Source of the DNA: the human T2T-CHM13v2.0 reference genome, Homo sapiens
Assembly (NCBI RefSeq): GCF_009914755.1
Contig: NC_060945.1
Strand: one strand, 5' to 3'
DNA: 64,000 bases
Position numbers and translations under genes: made by a program. Below the pieces are notes generated by a model. That model did not search any database. It worked only from the letters and a program-made list of their open reading frames with translations, and was not told where the DNA came from. Shown in pieces: positions 40,791-54,117 of the stretch. Position 1 is the stretch's first letter, and every line of letters begins with the position of its first letter.

Positions 40791-42265
40791 TCTTGGGGAC
40801 AAGGGGATGGTAAAAGAACCTACAATCCATGTAAGAGATTTTATTAGACCAGATCAGACTTTTAAGTGATTAAAGGAGACTGGAAAGCTCTTGAATCTAC
40901 TCCAGACAGTAACAAGGGATGTAAAAGAGAGATCTGTCCAAACGTGGATGAAGGCAAAGGGGAAGAAAATTTGCTGAATGCACCACTTATACAAAGATCT
41001 GAAAACACAACAATCCAGCTAGATCTAGCAGGCATTAAGGGAACCTGAACCAAACTGAAAATACATACTATTTTCACGCCCATGTGGAAGATTTCTAAAA
41101 ACGACATAGTAAATCCCAAAGAAAGTATCCACAAATTTCAAAGAATGAAGATCCACACAACACGCTCCCTCACCACAATAACTCGACACTGGAAAAAAAC
41201 AAAGGTATCTCAAAAAAAAAGACTTAAACTTAAAAAAATAAAAACAATTATGAGGCAATCAAAGAAAATTATGAAAGAACTAAACCACCACAAAAATCAG
41301 TACGTGAACTCAATCTACTTGTATTCATATGGATAATCTCAACAACATAACCTTGAATGAAAAAACCACTTGCAAAAGGATATGTATAGAATAACACCAT
41401 ATGTGCAAAATTATAAACACATTTATAGAATACACATGTGTGCAGGTGCACATGCATATGTGTGAAATCTGTGCTGTATACAGGCAAAGAGAAAGCAGAG
41501 TCACGTGAACAGGAAGAAAACACACCCATTTCTGGATACCAAATGGAAGAGGAAGAGACTGGGCAAGAAAAGGATCAAATGAATCATGCACTCTGTTTGT
41601 AAGCTGTGTTTCTTCAAAAAGACTCAGAAGACAATACAACCAAGCATTAGCGTGTGTTGAATTTGGTCAAAGGCGTTTTTCGTTTTATTATGACTGGACT
41701 TTTGTATATTTCAAATAAATAGAATTAAAGGAGAAAAGTTACTTAAATGCTCCAAGCCATTTTTAACACGGCTTCTGCTCCTCTGAGCACCTGGCTGGTG
41801 CCTTTAGAGTGGCGAGAGATGAGAGGCCACAAGGGAAGGATGGAGGGAGATTCAGGTTCACAGGTTCTTTGCAATTTAACATAGCAACGCTGCGATCACT
41901 ATTCAAACACACAGCAAGTAATGGATGGCACTTAATATGCACTTCGGTTTCTTCCACTGCCCTTGTGCAAAGTAAGGCTTCCCAGAAAACAATAAGAACT
42001 AAAATGTTTTCCTGAAACAATGCTAGATTCCTAAAAGCAATACCCAAGCTTGAGCCATAATGGGTTCAAGGGTGGTGGATGAAACACATCTTCAAGGTTA
42101 CTGTTAGTTCACTGCCATGCGGGCTTCTATGCAAACGGCAACATTCACCATCCAAGAAAGTAAAGAGCCCAGACTCAGTCTCCCTCTTCCACAGATCAAC
42201 TGGGCCCAAATCCATCCACTTCTCTGCATTCAGCTCTTTCATTAGTAAACCTGATACTAGTAGTC

Positions 42266-42306
42266 CACGTGCGCGCACGCGCGTGTGTGTGTGTGTGTGT
42301 GTGTGT
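42266..42306. repeat. 41-bp alternating purine-pyrimidine tract, (CG/CA)n running into (GT)n
   Basis: cacgtgcgcgcacgcgcgtgtgtg... Confidence 0.92.
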
Positions 42307-42899
42307 TTAGCAAGAGGGGCTTGAATTCCTCAAAGTCTCAATGAAAACTCAGTGTAGACTGAAGCAGGGGAGATTGAACTGCAATTGTACCAGTGCTTAA
42401 AGACAATGAATGTTTGATCTGAGCAATCATTCTGTGCTGTGGTGTGAGAAAGGAAACCTACGGAGTAATACCCCTCCTTCCTGTGACCACATGGGCTGGA
42501 CTGTGCATCTTGGCCACCTCTAATGCAATGCAACACCAACCCACGCTGTGTCTCTCTCTGTCCTTGGCGAGGTCCTACACACAATGCAAGGAACTGCTTC
42601 ACCGCACTGGCCAAGGACAACAAGAATAGGCTTGAGGGGAGATTGAAAAAGAGGAAGAAAGTGTTTCACACAGAGGAGAAAAGAAGTTTTAGATTAAAAG
42701 AGCCCTCATCACTTCCCATGTGCTCTCACCATAACTGCCTTGGAGGGAAGCAATCCCTGCTATCCACAAACCAGCAGGACTGGCAGAAGGTGGAACACAG
42801 AGGTAATCCCTTCCAGGGGCTCAGACCCAACACAAGGGCTTCACCCTTGGCTCACTTCTTCTCCTCGTGCCACGCATCCAAACCCTATGCAGAATAACA

Positions 42900-43602
42900 C
42901 GCATGCCCTCATCACCGCCCACCTCCCCACCTCCACTGCAACGTCCCTGGTCCAGGCCACTGTCACCCCTCAACTGGATTATTATGTTAGCTTCCCATGT
43001 TCCCTGCTTCAAACCTTGAAACTACTGTCCACAAGGCAACCAGCAAGATCTCCCGAAAACATCCATCAGATCACATCACTCCCGCTGCTCACAACCCGCC
43101 AATGCTGGGCTTCCCATCACACAGACCCACGGCCCTTAGGGAACCTGGCAGCACCCCTTCATCACGTGGCCCCTCTTTCTGTGACCTCATCTCCACTCCT
43201 CCCCTCTCTCCATCTGGCCGCCCTGACCTCCCTGCTGCTCCTCAAGCTCAGAAGGCAACTGGCAAGGCAACTGGCTGTTCCATGTGTCTGGAATGTTCTT
43301 CCCCAGATAGCTCCCGGCTCCCCCTTCGCCTCCCACAGGCCCTCACTCCAGTGTCAGTCTTTCCATGACTGTCACTCTATAAAATCCTAACCCCCAACAC
43401 TCTCCATTTGCTGCCTCTGCCTCATTTTTCTCTCCTTAGCATTTATTTCCACCACAGCAGGCCTTTGCTCATTTGTCTTATTGTCTGTCTGTCTCCTGCC
43501 TGAGGATGGGGACATTCATCTGTTTGGCTCCCCGCTGCATCCTCGGCACCCAGGACAGGGGTGGGCACGGAGTGGGCAGGCAATAGGTGTTTGTTAATGG
43601 AA
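42900..43602 (+). mobile_element. L2 3' region
   Basis: ccctggtccaggccac...ctggattat...cagatcacatcactcc...gctgttccatgtgtctggaatgttcttcccc...caataggtgtttgttaatg. Confidence 0.8.
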
Positions 43603-44383
43603 TTCTAAAAGTAAATGACAAAAGAGAAGGGAGGTGAAGGCAGATCTTTGTTTTCTGGTTTATAAACTTAGTGCTGGGCAGGAGGAAAAAAAGCGGGGGG
43701 TTCATGTGAAGCTCCTTTCCTGAGTCAACATGGTGATTTAAAATAAACTAAATTTAGTTGGAGACCTTTTAAATCATTTTTCTCAAGTCAGTTATATGTG
43801 CTCTAGCTCATAAATAGGAGGAAGAATGCGGGTGACATTCCCAAGACTGCAGCAAATGTCGGCCAAGTGAAAAACACACAGAATGTCCTGAAGATCCAGC
43901 GACGTCCTGAATGTGACGCGTTCCAGTTCACAAAAGAGGAGTCACAAAATGTTTACAAACCTTTACCATCCCATTGAAATGGACCTTCACATTTTCCTCA
44001 AAAATAGCTTTCTAAAACTGTTACTGGTTTACATTAATTTTACCTTTCTTCTTTTTTTCCCCTTTTTCTTTCTTATTTTAGAAATAAAGTAATAGGATTA
44101 GCTTTTTGATTAAAGCATATTAATAAAATTTTGACATTTTATTTGATTTCAAAACATGTTCCAGTTTCCATCATTATAGTGGGTCCTGTATGCCATGTTT
44201 ATGTTTTGAAAGGCTGAAATTATGTGTGATCAACAAATTTATTTTATATCAAGAGCATCTGTACATATTAAATCCTAAATGTGTCTTGAAAAATACCCCC
44301 TCACCTTTCTCTATCCTGCATTTTATCTGAAGCATTGTAAGTCTTCATGAAAAACAGAGGAAAAAATGAAACACAGTAACTAA

Positions 44384-44716
<333 letters not shown>

Positions 44717-46024
44717 CTTTCTTTGACATTTCTAAGCAGTAGATATTTGCAAACCATGTTAACGATCTGTAGATGTATATTACTAACAGGCGGGGCCCAT
44801 TGAAATCCTAACTCTTCTCCATTTGTTTGCTGATTCTTATCAGTTTAAATAAAATGTTCACTCTTAAACTACATTTTAAGCACCGCATAGGAAGAAGGTG
44901 TTCATCTGAGGAAGCAGTGAACGGACATCATAAACTTAGTCAAGACTGTTTAGTAAAATCACAAATAGACCAAGCAGTTTCACTGCTGTGAGTTTAAAAA
45001 AATAAATCACTGATCTTTAGTCAGACATAGTTTTCTGAACGAAAGTTAGCACACGCGGCCCCTTTCCAGTCTACAGTTGACATGTGTCTTCTAAGTGACT
45101 AGACTATGAAACCTCTAACACTCTCATCAGAGTTAATTCAGAGCTAGTCACTAAAGCACGCCCCCTGACCACATCGTAACTACTGTGAAAAGCAGTCCTT
45201 ATAGAAATCATGACGTTCTTTTCCTTTGTTTGCAGTAGGTTGTTCATCGTTTTCATGAGAACATAAGGGCCCTCTCCCAAATAGCTCAGTCCCCAAAATG
45301 CAGACATCAGCAAATGACAGCAGGTAACGCCTGCAGACTGGTGCTCGCCGCTCACTGTGAAGGCAAGCAGGCTTCTGCCTCAGTTTTTTCCCCCTTTCTC
45401 CTCTGATCCATTCCAATCAACACCACTGACAGTGGACAGACTGCTGTCCGGGTAAGAGTGAGGGGGACAGAGGGCCTGAAGTTGCTCCATTCGTCCTCAT
45501 CACGATGGGTAAAGAAGGGACTTCATGTCCATGTGCAGTTAGCTTCCAAAAGACAAGGAAATCTCCCACCTAGAAGGGGACCCCCCCAACACCAACCACA
45601 GGCTGGGCCCCCCCTCTTCAGCCGGCCCCTGCCCAGGTCCTGCTGACCAAGCCTCCTCAGGACACAAGGTCAGTTCAGGACTTCAGTGGCCTCATCCCTT
45701 GCATCCCACCTTCTGAGTTAAAGTCTTTCAGAAATACAGCACCATGGGCTTCTAGAGCTGCATGGAACCCTGGAGATCATCCCACTCCACTCGTTGAACA
45801 GTGGGGGAAGCCAAGGTTCAGCAAACGGGATTCTTCCCTCAGGCTTCATATGCAATGGAAGGGCACCAGCTAAAAGCTAAGCGCTTTGACTCAGAGCCAA
45901 AGACCAGGGACCTTTCTAGCACCTTCCTCCTACATATAACTTATATGTAGGAGAAACAGTTGTTTCCATGAGCCCATAGAAGAAATGTGATGTCAAAGTA
46001 TGGGAGAACGTTGGATAGCATTAA

Positions 46025-46500
46025 TGTCTAGTCAATACACATTCTCCCCTTGTTCTTACAATGAATCCCAATGTTGTTCAGGGCCACAATATCTTCAGGT
46101 ACAAATTACATTCCCAGGCTTCCTTATAAGATGTGGCCATGAGAGGGAGTTGTGGCCTAGGAGATGTATGTAGACATCTACTCTGGGTTTCTGGGAAATC
46201 CTGCCCTGCTCTTCCTCTTAGGGACACCCTCCTACCTCTTCCATCCTTGGGACCACGCAGATGAAACCACCTGCAAAGTTGGCAGGCAGTGGCTAGAAGG
46301 CGACTGGGATGGATGAATGGCTTCCTTGAGCAGCCACCCTGGGACCATGCAGATGAAACTACCTGCAAAGGTGGCAGGCAGTGGCTAGAAGGGGACTGGG
46401 TTGGGGACGAACGGCTTCCTTGAGCCCTGGACTGGTCCATGATTGCTCAAGTCCAGGTCTCTCCTTAGGCAAGACAAACACACATGTGGGGAGGAAGGCC
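46025..46500 (+). mobile_element. LTR33-like ERVL LTR containing a 92-bp tandem duplication
   Basis: cattctccccttgttctt...tacattcccaggcttcctt...gtggccatg...gagatgtatg. Confidence 0.55.
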
Positions 46501-47459
46501 AATTTATCTGATCGGTGAGTTGGGAAGAAAAGACACAGCATGGTCAGCGTGGCCTCAGCAGGGAGTCCCTCCTTTGGGGAAATATCCTGTCCCAAGGCCA
46601 AGGTATTATTCTGGTTGGCCATTGGATGAGATTCCTGGGACAGGCTCTCCCTCTGGGGGAAGCCCAAGATTGTCCGGCTCTACTCAGCACAAATGTGTAA
46701 GTGTGTATCAGAGGTGAAGTATCAGAAGTCTTAGGTATTTAATTATTATTAAGGCAAAGATTACATCACTGCCTGAGATACCCAAATCCCATCCCAAGCA
46801 ATTTCCTAACAACTGATCTCATAATAATAACAATCTTATTATGAAAAGGCCAGTGCAAATTGATTCTTAGAGACACTATTATTCAGTACAACAAGAATCA
46901 GAAAGTCACCATAAAACCATGGATGTCCAGTTAATTCCTCACCTTACTAAAGCAAATAAACTGCCTTTAGAATTAAACTGGCAATACCAGTGCTGCCCTC
47001 AAAACTCACTGCTGCCTCACCAATAGATAAAATGTCACATGAGATGATATAAAATAAATGGGGAGATGCGGAATTACCTCACTGAATAAAATGGTTATCT
47101 GAACAAAATGTCATGTGAACTGACTTGTCATGGAGCCTAAAATTTCTTGAGTCCCATTCCCTTAGGTGAAGGTGGGAAGGCATCTCAAAAAATGCAAGCA
47201 TGGGGCTTTGAAAAAGTCTTCGAGTAAAGGAGGCAGTAAAGCAAAAAGGGTAGAATCATGAGCTTTCTTCAGTTCAGAGTTAGTTCTGGTTCTGGCTCTG
47301 ACATGTACTAGTTTTGTGACCTTTTTCTAATTAGTAGACACCATCTCAGAGGTAGCTATAAAGATTTTGAGATGAAGTCTGTAAAGCATCTAGTATGTAG
47401 AAGCATAGAATAAATGATAGCTGACAATTATTAGAGTGATTATTATTTAGAGTGTCTGG

Positions 47460-47680
47460 CAGTGGTGTGCTGACAAAAGGGTTTTTGAAAAATCATTTGT
47501 TTGGGGAGGAAGCCCTGGTTTGTACTGACTGCCAATTTCCATGGTGTGAACACTTCCATTACAGTCAACTTCAAGCTACCAATGGGATGTCACTGAATGC
47601 AGAGTTGAGAAGAGATGCATACAGTCAGCTCTCAGGAGCTGCCAAGAGTCAGCAACAGCTTCTCTCTGGTTCAGGCACTG
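47460..47680 (+). mobile_element. MER63-like hAT MITE
   Basis: cagtggtgtgctg...ttcaagctaccaa...tcactgaatgcagagttgagaagagatgc. Confidence 0.7.
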
Positions 47681-47693
47681 TAGTCACACCTAT

Positions 47694-48072
47694 TGACATG
47701 GTTTGGTTCTGTGTCCCCACCCAAATCTCATCTCAATTTGTAATCCCCACGTGTCAAGGGAGGGACCTGTAAACCCCACGTGTCAAGAAAGGGAGGTGAT
47801 TAGATCATGGGGGCAGTTCCCCCATGCTGTTCTCATGATAGTAAGTTCTCATGAGATCAGATGATTTTATATGTTTGACAGTTCCTCCTTCACACACTCT
47901 CCTCTCTCCTGCCGCCTTGTGAAGAAGGTGCCTGCTTCCCCTTCCACCATGATTGTAAGTTTCCTGAGGCCTCCCCAGCCATGCATAGCTGTGAGTCAAT
48001 TAAACCTCTTTCCTTTATAAATTACACAGTCTTGGGTATTTCTTTATAGGAGCATGAGAATGGACTAATATA
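47694..48072 (+). mobile_element. THE1D-like MaLR LTR
   Basis: tgacatggtttgg...gtccccacccaaatctcatc...ttccaccatgattgtaagtttcctgaggcctccccagcc...gactaata. Confidence 0.9.
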
Positions 48073-48360
48073 CCCGTCTTGATCATTGGGATTCCTCTGT
48101 GTACGGCAAAGCACCTAGTGAATGAATGATTTATGAATGATGGGTTATTATTAACACACAAAGCTATTTTTGTCTCAATAATTTTGCATACCTTTGAACT
48201 GAGACTCAGAAAAAAATGTTTTCATGAATAAGAATAGATAAGAGGGACATTAGAGCATGGACTGTTGCTTATACTTGACCATGAACACCGAGACAGTGCC
48301 TTCCCAACACCTAGCACTATTCCAGGTATAAGATATATGGCCTGTAAATGACTTCTGGTT

Positions 48361-48410
48361 TGGACTGGACTGGACTGAACTGGACTGGACTGGATTGGAT
48401 TGGATTGGAC
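48361..48410. repeat. (TGGAY)10 pentanucleotide array at an L2 tail
   Basis: Direct reading; one unit is TGAAC. Confidence 0.85.
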
Positions 48411-50519
48411 AAGGATGCAGAAAGAAACTGACCATAAGTCTGCTCAGAAAACATTCAACCTCTAAGAGGGAGGGAAGTCTACCCTCCCCCACCTCATTTT
48501 TATCCTAAGCACTGCCTGGAGGAAATGCCCTCCAAGTCCCATGGTGGAAACCATCTAAGATGCCCCTTCGTCCATGGGGCTTGCTCTTTATTTTAAATAC
48601 AGTTCAGTTTTGATTGCTGAAATTTTCTTGGAGCCAAGGGATTCCAACAATGCTACTACTCAGAACATCAAGAAATTCCCTGGAGATTCCCAAAGTAAAT
48701 AATGTGATATAACTCTTACCTACAATTAATCTATGCATGAAAATATATTGAGGGATATGACATCTTCTAAAATTACCTGCCTGAATTTCTAGCAGAGAGA
48801 CCTAGGGAGTTACATCATATGCTGCCTCTCCAAACCCAACCTCTGAATGACCTCCACGAAGGGATAACATAATAATGCGGCTGTGTCTTGGTAAATGTCA
48901 TTTATTCCCTCATGAATTTTGACAGAGATGACATCAAGTTTTTTCCAATTCTAAGATTTGATGGCACCATAAATATGACTTCAATTTTTAACAATTTAAT
49001 GAAAAAATCCTTCTGGAAAGAGCTGCTCATGGGGAAACACACCTCAGGCATGAGGCACATTTTCTTTTCCAGCCCTTCCTCCAACCATAACAGATCCAAA
49101 ATGGACTTCCAGGAGGATCCTGAAATGAGCCCATGTGTTCAGCCTCTCCCTTAACCACATGGAAAGGGCAGGCGGATGACCTGCCCAAGGTTGGGAATTC
49201 TTCACACACTAAAGTCCATCACTGACATTTAGGAGAACATTTTGTTTAATAAATGCAAAATGTTCTTTAAAATTATATCCATGCTTTCATTGTCAAGGGT
49301 CTTAATGGATGTGTTTAAAGCATAAATAAATATAGTAGGCATTCTGCTTGCTTAACCTTTCTTCCTCACCCCTTCATCTCTTCATATAACATTCACTGAA
49401 CATAAAACAGGACAAGTCCTGAACTCATTTCTATTCCAAGTACTAACTCAAGTCACTGGAAAGGTTTCTATTTCATTTAGATGGTACAGAGATGTCCTGC
49501 TGTTTCTGTACCATCCCCATCCCATTGTTGATATTTGATATGTCATGTTCATATCTGTTGTCTTTGTTTCCCAAAGGGTTTGTTTAGAGTCCACTGCTGA
49601 AGAAGAACTAAATGGAATCTGTCTCTGGGCAGGAAGGTAGGGAAGGCCTTTGTTTTCCCCCACAGTGGCACCGACCCAGACAACAGATGACAGAAGGAAG
49701 AGACCACAGGCAGGACAAGGCCAGCCTGGAGCAGCACCTGGCAGGACGAGGCTTAAAAGAATGAATAAGGGGTAGGCCCAAGCCCACACGTGTCATGGAG
49801 TACCATTTACAACTTTGCCCACTTGACAATGGGAATGGGGAGAGCAGAGCCTTCCAGACCATCAACAGTAGGATCAGAAAGTAGAAGAGTCTGGAAAAGC
49901 AAGACTAAGCCAGAATAATCTGGAAGAATGCAGCCCCAGTGAGAAGTTGACAGCCAAGCAAGGAGCAAGACCATCCTGTTAAGAGGCACTGAGTGGTGAA
50001 AACAGCCTTGTCATGAAACAGGGCAGATGATCATCTCGGAACGAACAGGTGCATTCAGGAAAGATAAAAATGAAAACAGGAAGATCAGGATCATTAACCG
50101 GTAAAACAATGCATGCCCCTAAAATAACAACTGACAAGGATAAAGTGGCACAGAGTGAGAATCACAAAGTAACGTGGAGCAGATTGACTCTAATAGACCT
50201 TTTCTGGCCCCAAAAGCAAAAGGTTTGGTTGGTGACATCTTAAGACACCTTAACTATAAGGTCCCTAAGTGGACAAGAGCAGGCAAGCTCTCTCATTTGG
50301 CGGGGAGGTTGGGGGGGAACAACTTTAAAACAGAACTTAACAAAATGGCTAATACTAACTCCTTGAGAATAGGATTCTTCTAGAGAAAGGCAATGGTTTG
50401 TAGGTAATGTAGCCATTCTGTCAATAGCATCAGCAACAGCACTGCCTCCTTTACAACACAGACCTCTCAGCATCACCCTCTGTGGGGCAGGAGACAGAGT
50501 GAGCAGAGGTTAGTCACAT

Positions 50520-50710
50520 CCATGTGGGTTCTAGCTCCCCTCTACCACTCACTAGCAGTGTGACATTGCTCAAGTGACAACTTTGTGCCTCTGTTTCATC
50601 AACTATCAAATGAGAATAAAATTAGACTTACCCACCAGGGTTGCTAGGAAAACTAAGCGTTAAAGGGCAGAACCCAATCCTGAAAATTTAGCAAGTACTC
50701 AATAAGTCAA
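50520..50710 (+). mobile_element. MIR SINE
   Basis: ctctaccactcactagcagtgtgac...tgtgcctctgtttc...aaatgagaataa. Confidence 0.7.
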
Positions 50711-52964
50711 AGTTAGTCCCTGGATAAGGACCTGAAACATGAAGTAGATGCAATTCAACCAGGGTCATGCAAAGCCGGGTTCAGTGGGAAGACCACTGAG
50801 TCTGTCAGACACCTCACATTAAGCCAACAGTCATTGTGACCTACCACCATCCACTTCCCTGACTTCTCCAAGATGGTGTCAATGACACACTCTACCTGTA
50901 GACCGACTTCCTTCCCCATGCTCCAGCCAGTCCAGATACTAAGCTGAATGTACTTCAGAGCTTCAGCTTCATAAGTCAATGGAGTCTAGAATTACAGCCC
51001 ACACACCTGGTATCCAGAGAGCCAGAGAAGAGCCTTGGGCACATATTTCTCCAAGACATGGGATGTGTTTCTCTGAGACATTTCCTCATCCTCCTCCTCT
51101 CTATTCCTCTTGCTCCCTCCCCTCATCCTCCTCCTCTCTATTCCTCTTACTCCCTCCCCTGTCTCTTCCCTCCTGCTCCCCCATTTAATCTCACTGTGAT
51201 CCTAGCCTGCTTCACTCTCTGGCCTTGCAGCTAATTAAAACTGTGGCCCTTAGTCATTTATTTAAAGACCCCAAAAAAATGGCACAGGAGATCTAGCAAT
51301 CATAAAAGCATCACTTTTCTGAGATTCTAACAGGGATAGCTCAGGAGGCCCTACACAATGTATTGGTGAATCTATTCTATTTCAGCCTACCTTGCCTGAC
51401 ACTGTTTATAGGGCCAGAATTTATTACCAGCCTTACGGCTTCATAAATTAGCTAGTCAGCTATTGCCACACCTCAGTATACTGTCACATCTGTGAATTTA
51501 TGGCATTGTGGCTTAATGTAGCATCATTGTCATCACTTTCCAGTACCTGGAGCATTCATTTTATCCTGGAAGATAATTCGTCATGGTTATTATGAGAATA
51601 CCAACATAAACAAAAGAGGAAGAAAACATGTAGGTTATGGTCTAATTGCCTGAATCAATCCCAGAAGAAAAGAAGATACTTGACAAAGTCTGCAGTCTTT
51701 GAATGAATCTTGAATGTGCTTAGTATTATTCAGACTCGAAATGCTTTGCACACTTGAATGGGAAAGTATGCAGTGAAAATCCCATTGAAACGCCACAGAA
51801 CGCCAGCCAAGCTAAAGTGCTGCACTTGGTTGGAATATCTGGGCTCTGACTCCTCCGTAAATCAACATTTAAAGTGTTAGATACAGAGAGTCCATAAATC
51901 ATTATTGCATTTCTTCAGCATAAGCTAGTGCCTTCAGCAAGTGTCTTCTGCTGTTTGGCTCTTTGTTCTGATCTGGTTTGATATGGCTGGTGTGGGTTTG
52001 GTTTGGTTCGTTTGTGGGGATGAAGAGGTTATGCAACAGAAAGGCGATGACTTATTCTTTTGCTCTTGCTCACATCTCCAAGGACTAAAAACAATGCCAA
52101 TTCAACCCTCCTACTCATGTATGACGGCCAAACCTGACTTCTGGCTTCTAACTGCAAAATCCCCAGCACACTCTGCAGGCCCGCAGCCAGCTCGTCTGCT
52201 TAGGAAGGAGCAATAGTGTAATTTGAACATGACCAATAAAAAAGAACAATGGTCTTACTTACTTTTACAGGTTACATTGTCTCACAGGTAAGGAATGGAA
52301 TTTTTAATACATTTAAAAATAGAGATTCCTAACCAATAAAATATCCCCATCACCAAGATTTTAAGGATGCCATGAGTAGCTGGTATTATCAATGACATTT
52401 GTGTAGTGGGAAAAGCATGGATTTTGGAGAAAGAAAGATGCAGGCCTAAACGTGGACTCTATCATTCACTATTGCCCAAGGACAGGCTTTCTCTCCACCA
52501 GGCTAAATCAAGTTTCCCAGTACACAAGTGTGGTGGGGAGCAGAGTGGTTCCGCAGCAGCAGGCTGGTAAATTTAGTCCTAAAACAAGACAGGTCTAAAA
52601 ATCTTGGAAAGTAGAATCTGTTTGGAAGCTCCTTCTAGACATTCTGTCAAGCACAGCCTTGTTCAGTAAGAAGGACCTTAGACATACTTTACTCATGGCT
52701 TCCCAGAAAAAAAGTGAAGGATGATGCCATCAGTTTTCAGCATTTATTGAGAGAACTCGAACTACTGGAGGATTTCAAAGATGCTTATTGGGTATCCAAG
52801 TAAGACGTCAAGTAAAATTTTGGATACAGGAATTTGAGTGTGAAGGGAAGCCCAGGAATGCAACTATCTGGGAGTCATCGGTGTAGGTGGGATTGGAAGC
52901 CATGGGATGGGATGAGATCACTTAGGAAGCAACAGACTACCCCCTTCTGTGATAAATAAATTCC

Positions 52965-53422
52965 AGCAGATTAGTGTAGATTATTGTCCCCAACTCTTAT
53001 GTCCTACCTCCTTTCATGCAGCTCCACATGTCATCTTGTGACTTGTGCTTGCCTGGCAGTAGAGAGCGCACTTTCCTCTCCAGGAACCTTGGGCTTGGCC
53101 AGGTGTCTTGCTTTGACCAGTAAAAGTGAGCAAAAGTGAAAGTGTGTCCGTTCCAGGTGGCAACTTGAAGAGGAATCATGCATTTCTGCTTGCCCCTTGC
53201 CATCTCCCCGCTGCCATGAGAGCAGCATGCCTCAGAGAGCTGCTGTCCCTTCAACCTGGGACCCAGAATAAAAGACACAGGGACCTCCATTAGGCCCAGC
53301 TGAGTCCGACAGAGCTCCAGGGACCTGAAGTCCTCTGAGTGACAAACAAGTGGTTGCTGTTACAAATTACTGAGACTTTTGGAGGCCATCATTTGCTACT
53401 GCAGCAAAAGCTGACTAATACA
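52965..53422 (+). mobile_element. MLT1I-like MaLR LTR
   Basis: ttgggcttggccaggtgtcttgctttg...ctgccatgagagcagcatgcc...cagcaaaagctgactaataca. Confidence 0.75.
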
Positions 53423-54117
53423 AAAATAAAACCCATCTCCTCTGGCAGATCCCCCCAGAAAGGAGGGTTAGTCTCCCTCATAGATATCAGGCCACCAAGC
53501 CTAAGAGAGTTCCAGATGGCTATGCAAGTTCAGCCCAAGGCAATATACAAAAATGCTCCGAGTTTACCACTGGAATTTCCAGAGTCTACTTAGATGCTCC
53601 CCTGAGTCCCCACTCATGCCTTTCCAGCAATGAAAACCTGCTCCGAAGAAAAAATGGCTGACATCGAGATGACTCTGAGTACACAAGGTGCGAAGTTACA
53701 GGAGACAGAGGCTCTCTCGGATCTCCAGGTAAACACACGCAGCTGCTCAGGAAGGCAGCCTGATCCAGGAGCCTGCAGGAGCCTGAGTCCTACCCAGATG
53801 GTCAGGTGCAGCCCCAGCTGTCCCAGGACATGCACGGGAGGAAAGGTGACCACGTGCTGTCAGATAGCAGCTCAGGCACCACTGTGCAGTGCACAACCAC
53901 ACAGGCCTTCATTCAGCAGGGGACTAGATTTGTACTCTTTTTAGCCAAATGTGGGCCTTCTCATGCTCCACGTGTAAACGTAACTCACCAAACAGGGCCC
54001 CTGCTGCTTTCCGGGCCAAGTCAGTGGAGAGGACTGAAGGCCGGCTCACAGCTAGGAAAGCAGGGCTCTGCCGCGCCGAGGGAATGGGTCCCAGGTCTCT
54101 TTCAACATCAGTAGGTA

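Larger units (their letters stand above)
38130..41720 (+). mobile_element. Ancient L1 (L1ME-like): decayed ORF1, ORF2 endonuclease domain, then 3'-UTR; interrupted by younger inserts
   Basis: ttcaaagtgctgctggaaaataactggcaacctaaaattcta resembles ORF1 FKVLxENNxQPRIL; aaagctggaatagcc...gttagactttagg...catcaagaagatata...gcaccaaacaacacagcctcaaaatacata is EN-like; UTR-like from about 41300. Confidence 0.75.

Noticed and set aside
48361-48410. TGGAY array as HSATII/III satellite
   Set aside because: Only 50 bp and contiguous with an L2 tail, the likelier origin
49234-49248. AGAACA-ttt-TGTTTA as an androgen response element
   Set aside because: Second half-site has two mismatches; expected by chance in 64 kb
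49480-49515. 11-bp hairpin as a miRNA or structured RNA
   Set aside because: Too short for a pre-miRNA, and about one such stem is expected by chance in a window this size
50251-50269. taactataaggtccctaag resembling the I-CeuI/LSU rRNA site
   Set aside because: Needs indels to align and has no flanking rRNA similarity
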